From: an uncultured Chitinophaga sp.
GTDB taxonomy: Bacteria; Bacteroidota; Bacteroidia; Chitinophagales; Chitinophagaceae
Assembly (NCBI GenBank): GCA_964516445.1
Contig: CAZEZE010000001.1
Coordinates: 1-46,623 of the forward strand
Direction: 5' to 3'
Length of the DNA stretch: 46,623 bases
A program made the translations under genes and the position numbers. How positions within the stretch are numbered: the first letter of the stretch is position 1; each line of letters starts with the position of its first letter. This document shows positions 7,553-17,595 of the stretch, in pieces. The notes beneath the pieces were generated by a model, which saw nothing but the letters and a program-made list of their open reading frames with translations, did not search any database and was not told where the DNA came from.

Positions 7553-10144
7553 TTACTGTATGACCGTGAATTTTCGGGTCACCCGTTCCCCTCCAGCCGA
7601 CAGGGTAAAATTGTAATTCCCTGCCGGCCATCCGGATAATATATTCAGCACAAAATTGTTCATCCCGGCTGATATGCCCTGTTTTCCGCTGTACATCAAT
7701 CTTCCGGCCATATCCGTTATCTGCACAACCGCATCTCCTGTTGTTACTGCCGACTGGATAAATACCGATAATTTTTCACGGGCGGGGTTGGGTGCAATCT
7801 GTACATCCGGATGGTTGGGTTTCCCGAGATAAACAGCCTTGATGGCAGAGTACTGATCTTCCGAAGGGTTCAGGTTAATAATCTTAAGACGGTAAAAGGA
7901 CCGGCCGCCGAAGGGTTGCGCATCATCAAATACATACTGGTTGATCTCACCCTGTCCATTATTACCCTGTGCAGAAACAAAACCGATAGTACTCCAGTTC
8001 ATTCCGTTCGTACTTCTTTCGATCCCGAAACCCGTCATATTTTGTTCATTGGTTGTTTTCCAGTTCAAACGAACGGCCGCATCGTTAGTAACGCTGGCAT
8101 TAAAAGAAAGCAATTGTGCCGACAAGGGGAAGTTATCCACCGGCACCCGGTAATCCTCCACTTCCCCGTTACGGTAATATCCGGTCGCATTGGCCGTCGT
8201 CATTCCGTTTGCCGCTGAAGTAAGCCGGATACGTAAAAAGGTAAAAGAACCATTGGGTAAAGATGTAGGCGCCGATGGCCAGAATAAGAAAAACCCCTGC
8301 ACGGAAGCGGTTGAGCTGACCGTGATGGGTGTTATTGCCTCCGCGGCATCATATACACCGTTGGCGTTGAAATCAAGCCATGCTATCAGGCTGGCATTCG
8401 AACCTGTATTATTGTAAACCCGCACATAAGCAAGGTAATTCCCGGAAGCCGGATTAAAGATCGGGATATAATTGAGCCCGTCATTATCATCCCCTCCATC
8501 ACCGGTGGCATCTGCTGAAGTAAACTTATTGAACTCTTCATCCCACCCGGTCGCGAAATTAAGGCCAATGAATAAGGCGGTATCTTTTTCATGCAGGGCC
8601 GGGCTCAATGGATCAGGGTCATACGATGCGGGTGCATCCCCGAAATCACTTTTTGGTCTGAACCCGGTCGCATCGCCGCAAAAGCCTGTCCAGTCCAGTA
8701 CGGTAGGTCCAGTAATACGGGTTCGCGGACCGATGGTTCCGTTCATATTGTATACAGCCAATGAATCATAGACCCAGTACCTTGTATTATTCCAGGTTAT
8801 GCCGGCCTGTCGCGGTGTAAGGCCCCCGGTATAATAATTCTGAATGATATTTTGTGTTTGCAGATCATAATGGGTAAACCTTCTTGCGGCAGCATTCGGT
8901 GACCCGGCAAAATCAACCAGTAATCCGTCGGCAATGGTAAAATCATTCCAGTCGTGCAATGATGTACCCGCCCCGTTATCAGAAGGCGTGGCATATACCT
9001 GGCAGGACCTGATAGGATTACCGCCGGGCACATCAAATTCAATCCGCCAGATGATCGTTTCCCGGCCACCATTATTCCCGGGCGTCAGGTTACCTTCCAC
9101 ACCGAAATAAAGGTCGTTATCATAGAATGCACAACCCGCTGATTCCACGCCGCGGTTGTAGGTTGGTATGCCAAGTACATTCACATCCGGTACAATCACT
9201 CCCATGGATTGTGTATCAAAATTGTACCGTTTGATCGCTTTATTGGTGGCTGGAGTAGATGTAAAATCAATCACGTAATAGAGGTCATGCTGAAGGTGAT
9301 CATACCCGATACCGTTAATATATCTCGGTGAAGTAACATCCTGGAATATCATCCTGGCCTGTCCGGTCGCCGTATTGATCAGGGAAACTGTATTGGTGTC
9401 TGAGGTACCGATGACATATGTAGGCTGACCGGTAAAAGGCCTGGAGGCAATAAAGTAATTATTGGGGAACGTACCTACAACGCATGCCGTAAAATCAGAA
9501 AGCCAGAAATCACCTGCGGTACCGCTAAGAGCGACCGTTACGGTCTTTACCGGTCCGAGAATTGCAACATTGAGAGTTGCCACTACAGAGTTGTTGGCCG
9601 CCGCGGTTGCCGGGGCCTGCCCCTGTGCATTGGTGGTACCGGAACCCGTAATGACGACATTACCGGTTACGGGCCTTGTCATGACTATATTGAGCGGGGT
9701 AAGTGCAGTGTTCACCGCGGTTACGTTTACGCGCTGGCTGTTGTCGATATCGTATAAGGAGAACTGGAAATTATTGACCTCATTATCGAAAGTAAATGTA
9801 ATGTTTCCGTTACCACTGTACTGCACATCGGCGCCTGTGCCAAATGATCCGGCCTCCCCTGTATGTGTTGTGTTCTCTCCCGTGGTAGTAATGGTTGCCG
9901 GGTAAACAACAACCACCCGGTTCACACCGATGGCAAAAGCCTGTGTACGGCTCATGGCCGCGGTTACGTAGCCTGCATAATTACCGGTCGTAATGAGATA
10001 ATCCATGTTATCCCAGTTCAGGTTGGCCGTATTACTTCCGGCTATACATTGAGGATATGCAGTGGTGGTACCTCCAATGAAAAAAACCAGCAGCAGTATT
10101 TTTTGGGTGACCCGTAAGTTGATTTCAAGTAGCACTTTTTTCAT
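7553..10144 (-). CDS. T9SS type A cargo protein with DFGDAP/GEVED module (adhesin-like)
   Basis: Signal peptide ending AYP-Q; SDFGDAPASY, AWLDFNANG, NGEVEDY; pre-CTD domain; CTD IAPNPA...RKFTVIQ. Confidence 0.85.
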   Translation of the reverse strand: MKKVLLEINLRVTQKILLLVFFIGGTTTAYPQCIAGSNTANLNWDNMDYLITTGNYAGYVTAAMSRTQAFAIGVNRVVVVYPATITTTGENTTHTGEAGSFGTGADVQYSGNGNITFTFDNEVNNFQFSLYDIDNSQRVNVTAVNTALTPLNIVMTRPVTGNVVITGSGTTNAQGQAPATAAANNSVVATLNVAILGPVKTVTVALSGTAGDFWLSDFTACVVGTFPNNYFIASRPFTGQPTYVIGTSDTNTVSLINTATGQARMIFQDVTSPRYINGIGYDHLQHDLYYVIDFTSTPATNKAIKRYNFDTQSMGVIVPDVNVLGIPTYNRGVESAGCAFYDNDLYFGVEGNLTPGNNGGRETIIWRIEFDVPGGNPIRSCQVYATPSDNGAGTSLHDWNDFTIADGLLVDFAGSPNAAARRFTHYDLQTQNIIQNYYTGGLTPRQAGITWNNTRYWVYDSLAVYNMNGTIGPRTRITGPTVLDWTGFCGDATGFRPKSDFGDAPASYDPDPLSPALHEKDTALFIGLNFATGWDEEFNKFTSADATGDGGDDNDGLNYIPIFNPASGNYLAYVRVYNNTGSNASLIAWLDFNANGVYDAAEAITPITVSSTASVQGFFLFWPSAPTSLPNGSFTFLRIRLTSAANGMTTANATGYYRNGEVEDYRVPVDNFPLSAQLLSFNASVTNDAAVRLNWKTTNEQNMTGFGIERSTNGMNWSTIGFVSAQGNNGQGEINQYVFDDAQPFGGRSFYRLKIINLNPSEDQYSAIKAVYLGKPNHPDVQIAPNPAREKLSVFIQSAVTTGDAVVQITDMAGRLMYSGKQGISAGMNNFVLNILSGWPAGNYNFTLSAGGERVTRKFTVIQ

Positions 10145-10323
10145 AGGCGCACGGATTGGGTGAAAGAAAGGTACAACCCCGCGAAAGGGCTTACAAGGTA
10201 GATTCGACAGGGAAATAAAGGTTTAATCATCACCCGATTTACCTGCCCGAACAGCGGAAAACTGAAGCAGGTATTTTAGCCTGAATTAATGGTAAAATCT
10301 TATGAAGCGGAAATAACTCCACG

Positions 10324-10335
10324 CGTAACACTACG
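10324..10335. promoter_or_regulatory. Putative regulator site CGTA-N4-TACG
   Basis: CGTAACACTACG; a near-identical site occurs at 25132. Confidence 0.45.
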
Positions 10336-10506
10336 GTCAGTAGTATAAGAAATCTCCGTGTAGGCTGTACGGGTGAAGCGGGTCACTGTTTCGTCACCCG
10401 TTCTTATGACAAGAGTAGTGTTTCGAAGTAATTATTATTTCCCGGGTATCCATGCCGGTTTTTTTTGGCCGCTTCCTGTTGTGTAAAGAAAAAAGTAGTA
10501 CCGGGG

Positions 10507-10536
10507 CAAAAAAACCCGGCATTTAGAACCGGGGTT
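10507..10536 (-). terminator. Probable intrinsic terminator
   Basis: AACCCGG...CCGGGGTT hairpin with an A run on the plus strand (U run on minus), downstream of the 10589 gene. Confidence 0.55.
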
Positions 10537-10588
10537 ACAGGCAGAATCTTGTTGTACTAACCAACTTCCTGTTCTATTATTTTTGAGG

Positions 10589-13456
10589 TCAGTTTTTAAC
10601 CAGCTTGAAGGTTTGCATAAAATCGCCGCTCTCCGTCTTAAGGTAATAAAGACCTGCCGTGAGATTATCGAAACCAAACAGGGTATACGCACCGGAACCG
10701 GCCGTGGCATTGTAATCCTGCCGGCGGATCAGCGCGCCCCCTGAATTGTACATGGCAACGGAGATCTTCTGGTCACACCCGGTGCTATACTGCAGAACGA
10801 TCAAATCCCTGAACGGATTATTCAATACGGTAATCTTTGTTTTGGAGACAGCGCGGATAAATACAATGGAGGAATACATAAAACTTCCGTCAATATCTAT
10901 CACTTTCAGGCGATAATAATATTCTGAAACGCCAATACCTACCGGGTCATTATGGGTGTAGGTGATCATGCTTGTGCTGTTGGCCGCCTGTTTCGTTGCC
11001 ACTTTCTGGTAGCTGATCCCGTCTACAGACCTTTCCAGTTCATACCTGGAGAGCTGCTGTTCTTCAGCGACAACCCAGTGTAACTGGTTATAGCTGCCCT
11101 TGTTCAGGCCTGCGAAATCAACCAGTTTGGCAGGCAGGGTGCCGCCGCTGTAAAGGTCGCTTTTGAAAACACCTTTTCCATGGGTGGCAGCGATCAGCTT
11201 ATTATCGGCAGAGATCTGCAGGTCCATGACCAGCGTGGCATCCCAGAAACCGCCGTTGAAATCAACCCAGGTCTGGCCCCTGTCAGGACTTACATACACA
11301 CCGAAATCGCATCCGGCATATATGATTTTGGCGTTCAACGGATCGAAGACAATGGTATTAAAAGGCACATCCGGTAAGCCGGCACTTCGGGCTGTCCAGT
11401 TGGCGCCACCATCTCCTGTAACATAAATATGTGATGTACCAAAACCGCCCAGGGCAATAAACACACTGTCATCATTTGACGAACTGATCGCGAAATCCAT
11501 TACAAACCTGTCGGGTAGCGTTCCTTTAATGCTGGCATAAGGCGTTACGGTTGGTGTTGCAGACTTGAGGACATTGGGCTGACCATTCACCCATAGATGA
11601 TCATTCGTGGTGTTTTGAGCAATATTGGAAGTGGAAACATATATCTTGTCCCTGTTGGTGGGTGATACTGCCAGCGCAATGGCTGTTTTCCTGTACTGCT
11701 CAATATAATTGGTGGAGGAGCTGTTAGGATTTGACCAGGAAATAGAAGTCCCGCCGGTCGTTGAACGATGTATGTTGTCAGTGGCAACATACATATAGTT
11801 ACCGTCGCTTTTACTGATTGCAACGGGTGCCATGAACGCTGTTCTGTCATCCGCAGAAAATGCCCAGGACGAAAGTACCGAACTGTATGACCCGGTTGCA
11901 CCGGTTGTGGAGCGTCTTACGCCCCTTGCATCGTTCGAGGCCAAAACAGTAATTCCATCGGGAGCAATGGCACTCGGACCACCGTCCCCTCCAAATTCAC
12001 TAACCCAGGTAGCTCCATTATACGAAACAACCCCGTTATCCTGAAGACCCCCGATCATGATATTCGGGTTCGTGGGATGTACACCAAAGGAAGCATAAAA
12101 CTGTGTGGCGCGGAGACCGGTATTAATGTTATTCCAGGTTGCTCCGCTGTTGGTGCTTTTATACATTCCCCCGTCGCAGGCCACATAAATAATATTGCTG
12201 TTATTGGGATCATATTCCACATCATGATGATCTGAGTGTATCGGGGAACTGCCGGTGGAGATCGTTGTGATGGATCCGCCCGTAGTCGTATTGGTGGAAT
12301 TATACCTGAAAAAATCGACCCCTCCCATCATAATGATATCCGTGTTGGAAGGATTAATAGCCAGGTCATGCGCGAACCAGTACTGGAAATCGCAATGCCC
12401 TGAACTGTTTTTGGCAAACCAGTTGGCCCCGAAATCTGTGGAAAGGTATAACTCATTGCCCCCTGCTGCACCGCCGATGGATGCATATAACCGGGTTGAA
12501 CCCACATTGTCCATGCGGATATACCCGTCAAATGATGCCGGCAGCCCTGACGATATCTTCGTCCAGGTGGGTGAAGCATTTGACCCGTTGGTTGTCCGGT
12601 AAATTCCTTTGTCCATGTTGACCATATTTCCTACCCCAACCACCAACTGGTCGGTATTGGAAGGATTGATGGCTATATCCGATACATAAATTTTTGAAAG
12701 GATCTGGCTCCATGATAAACCGGCGTCGGTTGACCGGTACAGGCCATCCGTTGCACAGGCATAAATGGTATTGCTGTTCGTCGGATCAAACTCCAGCATC
12801 TGGATACCAAATAACTGGTTGGTGGTTTTTGACATTACCTGCGTCCAGGTGGCGCCACCGTCTGTACTTTTAATGATCCCAATCCCGTAAGTACCCCGGG
12901 TTTTCCAGACACTGAAACCAATGTTGGAAGTGTCTACCCTGTACACTTCACCGGTTCCGGCATAGATCACGCTTGAATTTCCGGGATCGACAAGGATCGA
13001 TGAAACCCCCAGTACGGGAAGATTGGTTGCAACGGATGTCCAGCTGGAACCGGCATTGACGGATTTCCAGATACCACCGCTGGCCGAACCGGCCCAGAGA
13101 TTATTGGAATTACCTGGATCGATCGCGATACAAAGAACCCTTCCCCCGATGTTAGATACATCACCAAGGGATGTCCAGGTTGCAGCATTTACCCTTGTCT
13201 GCACATCGGCTGTTTTCTTTTTGATTTCCAGGTATTGCTCCCAGGCAGCCTGGTATTTGTCATTAAGATTGTTCGGGTTCGGATAGCCTTTGGAATGAAC
13301 CCACATGGCCAGTTGTTTCTCGGCGCCGGTCTCTTTTTCTTTTGGCTTTCCGGCCCGGCTTTCAGCAGGCGTTGGAGGCAGCGTATTCCGCCAGGTGAAT
13401 AAAACTGCCAAAAGGAAGGGGATGACCGCAAGGAGCAGGAGTGTTCGCTTTTTCAT
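10589..13456 (-). CDS. T9SS type A cargo with BNR/Asp-box (VPS10/sortilin-like) beta-propellers
   Basis: Repeated SxDxGxxW (STDGGATW, STDAGLSW, STDFGANW, SPDRGQTW), HSDHHD, GGLQDNG, ATHGKG; pre-CTD domain and CTD ending KLVKN. Confidence 0.85.
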   Translation of the reverse strand: MKKRTLLLLAVIPFLLAVLFTWRNTLPPTPAESRAGKPKEKETGAEKQLAMWVHSKGYPNPNNLNDKYQAAWEQYLEIKKKTADVQTRVNAATWTSLGDVSNIGGRVLCIAIDPGNSNNLWAGSASGGIWKSVNAGSSWTSVATNLPVLGVSSILVDPGNSSVIYAGTGEVYRVDTSNIGFSVWKTRGTYGIGIIKSTDGGATWTQVMSKTTNQLFGIQMLEFDPTNSNTIYACATDGLYRSTDAGLSWSQILSKIYVSDIAINPSNTDQLVVGVGNMVNMDKGIYRTTNGSNASPTWTKISSGLPASFDGYIRMDNVGSTRLYASIGGAAGGNELYLSTDFGANWFAKNSSGHCDFQYWFAHDLAINPSNTDIIMMGGVDFFRYNSTNTTTGGSITTISTGSSPIHSDHHDVEYDPNNSNIIYVACDGGMYKSTNSGATWNNINTGLRATQFYASFGVHPTNPNIMIGGLQDNGVVSYNGATWVSEFGGDGGPSAIAPDGITVLASNDARGVRRSTTGATGSYSSVLSSWAFSADDRTAFMAPVAISKSDGNYMYVATDNIHRSTTGGTSISWSNPNSSSTNYIEQYRKTAIALAVSPTNRDKIYVSTSNIAQNTTNDHLWVNGQPNVLKSATPTVTPYASIKGTLPDRFVMDFAISSSNDDSVFIALGGFGTSHIYVTGDGGANWTARSAGLPDVPFNTIVFDPLNAKIIYAGCDFGVYVSPDRGQTWVDFNGGFWDATLVMDLQISADNKLIAATHGKGVFKSDLYSGGTLPAKLVDFAGLNKGSYNQLHWVVAEEQQLSRYELERSVDGISYQKVATKQAANSTSMITYTHNDPVGIGVSEYYYRLKVIDIDGSFMYSSIVFIRAVSKTKITVLNNPFRDLIVLQYSTGCDQKISVAMYNSGGALIRRQDYNATAGSGAYTLFGFDNLTAGLYYLKTESGDFMQTFKLVKN

Positions 13457-13806
13457 AGTGATCTGGATTTGAGGATACCGGGTACTTGTTTTCGATGTGA
13501 TTCCTGTTGGGAATCAAAATTCATTCCATCGCAGTCCGTTTGGCTGTGAATCATTACCCGCAACGTAAAAAACCGTTCTGAAAGACCGGGTTCTTTACAC
13601 CGGCGGCAAATTTTTTCGCAGTCAACTGACTTTACTAAAGTTAGAGAAAGGACATCCCGGCTGCAAAGTGTTTTCACCCTGATCTTTTACCGCCGTAACT
13701 GCACAATTCCGCAGCAGGCCTGAATATGTATTCCGGATGAATTCTGCCGTAAAAAAGGCCGGGAAATTACGGAGAGAAGCCCGTTTGACGAACGTGGCTA
13801 CCGCAT

Positions 13807-13836
13807 AAAAAAACCTCCTTATTAAAGGAGGTTCTT
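13807..13836 (-). terminator. Intrinsic terminator
   Basis: AACCTCCTT-ATTA-AAGGAGGTT flanked by A/T runs. Confidence 0.8.
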
Positions 13837-13873
13837 TATTCATTTTATGAATCACCCGGTTCATTCAACCAGC

Positions 13874-16800
13874 CTACAACTTATGCAGTTTTATCTGCTG
13901 GTCCATCCCTTCGCCTTTTATATTCAGGTAATAGGAACCGGCCGGCAGGTGATTCATGCCAATATTAAAATTATTCCCCGGACCCTTACGCAGGAATTGT
14001 GTACCCTGGAGCACATTGCGCCCGGTATTGTCAAGTATGCTCCATTGAATATTTCCATCTGCCAGCGCGTATACATTCACAGATAATCTTGTAGAAACAG
14101 GGTTCGGAGACACCATTATTTTCCCGGTATTATCTGCCAGCGAGATCCTGACGATGTTGGAGTATTTGAAAGACTGGTCCTGGTCCACCATCTTTAGCCT
14201 GTAGTATAATACCAATGATTGCTGGTCCGCGGCATCCTCATCGAGCAGCGAATAATCCAGTATCCCGGAACCCCCGATCGTACCCATGGCAGTTACCGTT
14301 CCGATCGCGCCGTAATTAATGCCATCGATGCTTCTTTCCACCACGAAGTGGGAAGTGTTGATTTCGTTTTCTGTTTTCCATAGCAGCAATACCTTGCTGT
14401 TATTCTGCAGCGTTCCGGTGAATGTAAGCAGATCGAGCGGCAGGCTTATATTGCCGGAAGCAAAGTAAAAAGAGGAAAATCCTGAAATGTCCGCCTGAAT
14501 CACATAACCGTTGGCACCATGCACCAGGTCTGCACCGGTATTAGTCGGAACAATCAGGGTAGTGGCAGCTGTAACAACGGGGCTGCAGGGATCGCTGTTC
14601 TTAAGTATCTTCAGGTCACCGATACCGGTAATTGCACTCATCGGGTCCGCATCAAGAGCATCAAATTCCGCCTTTGAAATATAGAGCCTGACCTTCACAG
14701 GTGCGGACACTGTTCCTGAAACATTAATGGTCATATTCCTGTTGAGGTACCGAACCCCGTTTTTTATACGGATCGGCCCGGAATGTTTATAAAAGGAGGA
14801 GGTAACCGTTCCCAGGTTTCCGTTACTGTTACCCGCATAAATTTCGGCCATGATATTGCCATCGGGACCCGTTATGGGCACCCAAATGTTCTTATTGGTA
14901 TCATCGATCACTACGGTAGTGCCGCTATTGCAGGTATTAACGGGTCCGTCAGTTACATCAATAGAGGAAGGAATCGAACTTTTTCCTGTCGCATCCGCGT
15001 ATCCAAGAAAGGTGTATTTCTGTAAACAGCCCTGGCAGGCGGGTACAAAGGGAAAAGCGGCGCTGGGTCCGGAAGTGGTGGTGGACCTGTCCATCACCAC
15101 ATAAATATCCTTACCGTTCGGTGTAATAGCAAGGTCACGGAAACGGTTCACGCTTCCGAAATAACTGATCGTATCTGCGTCCGTATTGGTCGGTACTGTT
15201 GCAGTTCCCGCTCCATCCAGCCGGAACCTAACCAGTCTTCCCCATTTTAATGAAGCCGCAACCAGCGATTTTTTCCAGCCGGGTATCATTGCTGTCGTAT
15301 AAATGTCAAGTCCCGACCAGCCTTCAGAAGGCCATCCTGAATTACTGGGATTGGTCTGCCAGATATTGGTGACAACGGCATTGGTTTGCGCGTAAGCCGT
15401 AAACAACGGATCCTTATAAGCGCCGTGGGTGGCTGCTGTTACATTGATGGCGTCCCGGTTGGCTGTTTCAGAACCTACCGGAGGGCAACTGGAATTACCG
15501 GAATTGTCTGTCCATGGTGCTCCGGCGGAAAGACTTGTGTTCGTGCCCGCTGTGGAATTACCATTATAATTTCCATCGTTTACAAAGCCAATCACCAGCG
15601 GGTGGCCGTAATTTTTAAACCCTTCAATAATATTCACTTCATCGTCAGTATACGGACCATGCGAGGAGCCATAGAGTAAATTAGAAGCGCTGTCATAGGC
15701 AAACCCCTGGTTGTTCCTAATCCCGGTGCTCCAGACAGCACTCTGCACACCCAGCAAGCCATTGTACGGGTTATCATTGGGTATCCATCCGCTCAATCCC
15801 GCATCGCCGTCAGTCACCAGGTTGAACCTTAATATTTTTCCCTCATAAGAAGCAGGATTTTGTGCTTTCTGGGTACGCAGCCTGTTGTTGAACTGCCCCG
15901 CACCCATATCACCGGAAGCATAAAATAGATAATAATCCGAACCGCCGGCTGTCATAGGGCGTATTATGATCCGCTGAGAATTATGGTCATTGCTTCCCGG
16001 CAAAGTATCGCATAAGGATACCGGGGATTCGAGCCGGCCCGTGCCGGTATTATAGGTAAACCGCACCAGCCTGTTAGTATAGAATGTACCGGTGGGAGGA
16101 GTACTGCCGATATACGTATGCACATACGAAACATAAACATAGTTGATCGGCGTAGTGGCATCCATGAATTTGGGATGAAGCGCAAGCCCCGCACAACCAC
16201 CTTGTGGGTTATTGGTACCGATATTGAACTGGGCATTGAAGGCCTGGTCGGCCGGGGCTGTAAAGAATGTGCTGCCCTGGGAAATATTTAATACCGTATC
16301 CCTTACACCCGTAACCGGGTCGAACCGGTAGATTCGGTACCCCTTTGATTCGGTCACCCATAATTTATTATCCGGACCGTAAGTAATCTCCCAGGGATCC
16401 GCCAGTACCTGGGGTGCTGAAATGATTTGCTGGTGAAACACTTCTTTCATCCGGCCGCCAGTAACCTGTACTTTGGCGGACGGTGTTAAGGAGATCTGGA
16501 AACCCCAGTTCGTTCCGGACTGACCGGCACCGGCAGAATAGACCCTTACATAATAGGTACTCCCGGGTACCAGGTCATTTGCATTGATCACATTCGTGGT
16601 GCCGCTGCAGGCAAGTGATGTCAGGCTTCCGCAGGTTCCTGAAAACAATTGCATACGGGCGCCCGATGCAGCCAGGTCACTGCCTATATTACCTAATGTT
16701 ATAGTTGCATAACTGTAAAGCGCATCGAACCGGTACCAGATATCATCATCCGCAGTTCCGGTACAGGGGGCGACCGCCACACCTGAATTGGTTGCCGCAG

Positions 16801-17347
16801 CAAGGTTGCCGCTGATCGTACCTCCGGCAGGCAATATGGTTGCTACATTATTACATTCCTCGTTATTGGGTACAACAAAGAGATTGAAACCATAATAAGG
16901 CTGGGTTTTCACATTCGGGTTCTGGGATGTATTGATCCGGAAGGTATAGGTCCCGCCGGAAGTTAAACCGGTAAACTTTCTCGATTGTGAAACATTATTA
17001 CAACCGCCTAAAGTCGTATACGTACAGGCGCTTGAGTTAAAAAGTTCGATATAGGTGTTTGTAGTTGTAAGACTGCCGGTACCCGTATTCGGCAAATCAA
17101 GTACTACGGTGATAATAACACTGGTAGACCCTGCTGGAAGAGTGAACCTGTACCAAACATCGTAACGTGTACCGCAGGTAGAACCTGTCGCCGTTTGTCC
17201 CGCAAGGTACAGGTTGCCGGGTGTGGCGGTATAATTACCCGTCAGGGTACCCAGGTTGGTGGCCGTGGCACAGGTGTTATTGGCCGGCTGGGCGAATATC
17301 AAAGAGGGCAGGGATAATACTCCCAGGAAGAAGAGCAGCTTTTTCAT
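13874..17347 (-). CDS. T9SS type A cargo with PQQ-dependent glucose/sorbosone dehydrogenase domain and two N-terminal Cys-rich repeats
   Basis: LADPWEITYGPD, NDHNSQR, GDMG, GKILR, GIRNNQG, HGPYTDDEVN, NYGHP, RFRD; signal peptide; CTD VSPNPV...KLHKL. Confidence 0.85.
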   Translation of the reverse strand: MKKLLFFLGVLSLPSLIFAQPANNTCATATNLGTLTGNYTATPGNLYLAGQTATGSTCGTRYDVWYRFTLPAGSTSVIITVVLDLPNTGTGSLTTTNTYIELFNSSACTYTTLGGCNNVSQSRKFTGLTSGGTYTFRINTSQNPNVKTQPYYGFNLFVVPNNEECNNVATILPAGGTISGNLAAATNSGVAVAPCTGTADDDIWYRFDALYSYATITLGNIGSDLAASGARMQLFSGTCGSLTSLACSGTTNVINANDLVPGSTYYVRVYSAGAGQSGTNWGFQISLTPSAKVQVTGGRMKEVFHQQIISAPQVLADPWEITYGPDNKLWVTESKGYRIYRFDPVTGVRDTVLNISQGSTFFTAPADQAFNAQFNIGTNNPQGGCAGLALHPKFMDATTPINYVYVSYVHTYIGSTPPTGTFYTNRLVRFTYNTGTGRLESPVSLCDTLPGSNDHNSQRIIIRPMTAGGSDYYLFYASGDMGAGQFNNRLRTQKAQNPASYEGKILRFNLVTDGDAGLSGWIPNDNPYNGLLGVQSAVWSTGIRNNQGFAYDSASNLLYGSSHGPYTDDEVNIIEGFKNYGHPLVIGFVNDGNYNGNSTAGTNTSLSAGAPWTDNSGNSSCPPVGSETANRDAINVTAATHGAYKDPLFTAYAQTNAVVTNIWQTNPSNSGWPSEGWSGLDIYTTAMIPGWKKSLVAASLKWGRLVRFRLDGAGTATVPTNTDADTISYFGSVNRFRDLAITPNGKDIYVVMDRSTTTSGPSAAFPFVPACQGCLQKYTFLGYADATGKSSIPSSIDVTDGPVNTCNSGTTVVIDDTNKNIWVPITGPDGNIMAEIYAGNSNGNLGTVTSSFYKHSGPIRIKNGVRYLNRNMTINVSGTVSAPVKVRLYISKAEFDALDADPMSAITGIGDLKILKNSDPCSPVVTAATTLIVPTNTGADLVHGANGYVIQADISGFSSFYFASGNISLPLDLLTFTGTLQNNSKVLLLWKTENEINTSHFVVERSIDGINYGAIGTVTAMGTIGGSGILDYSLLDEDAADQQSLVLYYRLKMVDQDQSFKYSNIVRISLADNTGKIMVSPNPVSTRLSVNVYALADGNIQWSILDNTGRNVLQGTQFLRKGPGNNFNIGMNHLPAGSYYLNIKGEGMDQQIKLHKL

Positions 17348-17595
17348 TGATAGTGGATTTTAAAGAAATTGGTTTTTCAGATGCAAGATATTCAACAAAG
17401 TTTTTATCTGCATAAGTGTTTACGCTAAACTTTATTAGTAAAATCCCTTATTAATATTAAGGGATTACCCGATTGACTTTCTCTATTTCTTGGTGTTTCT
17501 TTGCTAAGTGAATACTGAAAAACCCTGTATTGCTAAAACAGCGGGGTTCAGTTTCAGCAGTATCCAATATCGAAAAAACCACGGAAATCCTATAT

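Noticed and set aside
10141-10230. 29-aa uORF overlapping the GEVED gene start (ATGA)
   Set aside because: ATGAAA starts always create a -1 TGA, so such overlaps arise by chance; no other support.
13453-13677. 74-aa ORF overlapping the start of the BNR-repeat gene
   Set aside because: Same ATGA artefact; unremarkable composition; lies over the likely promoter and leader.
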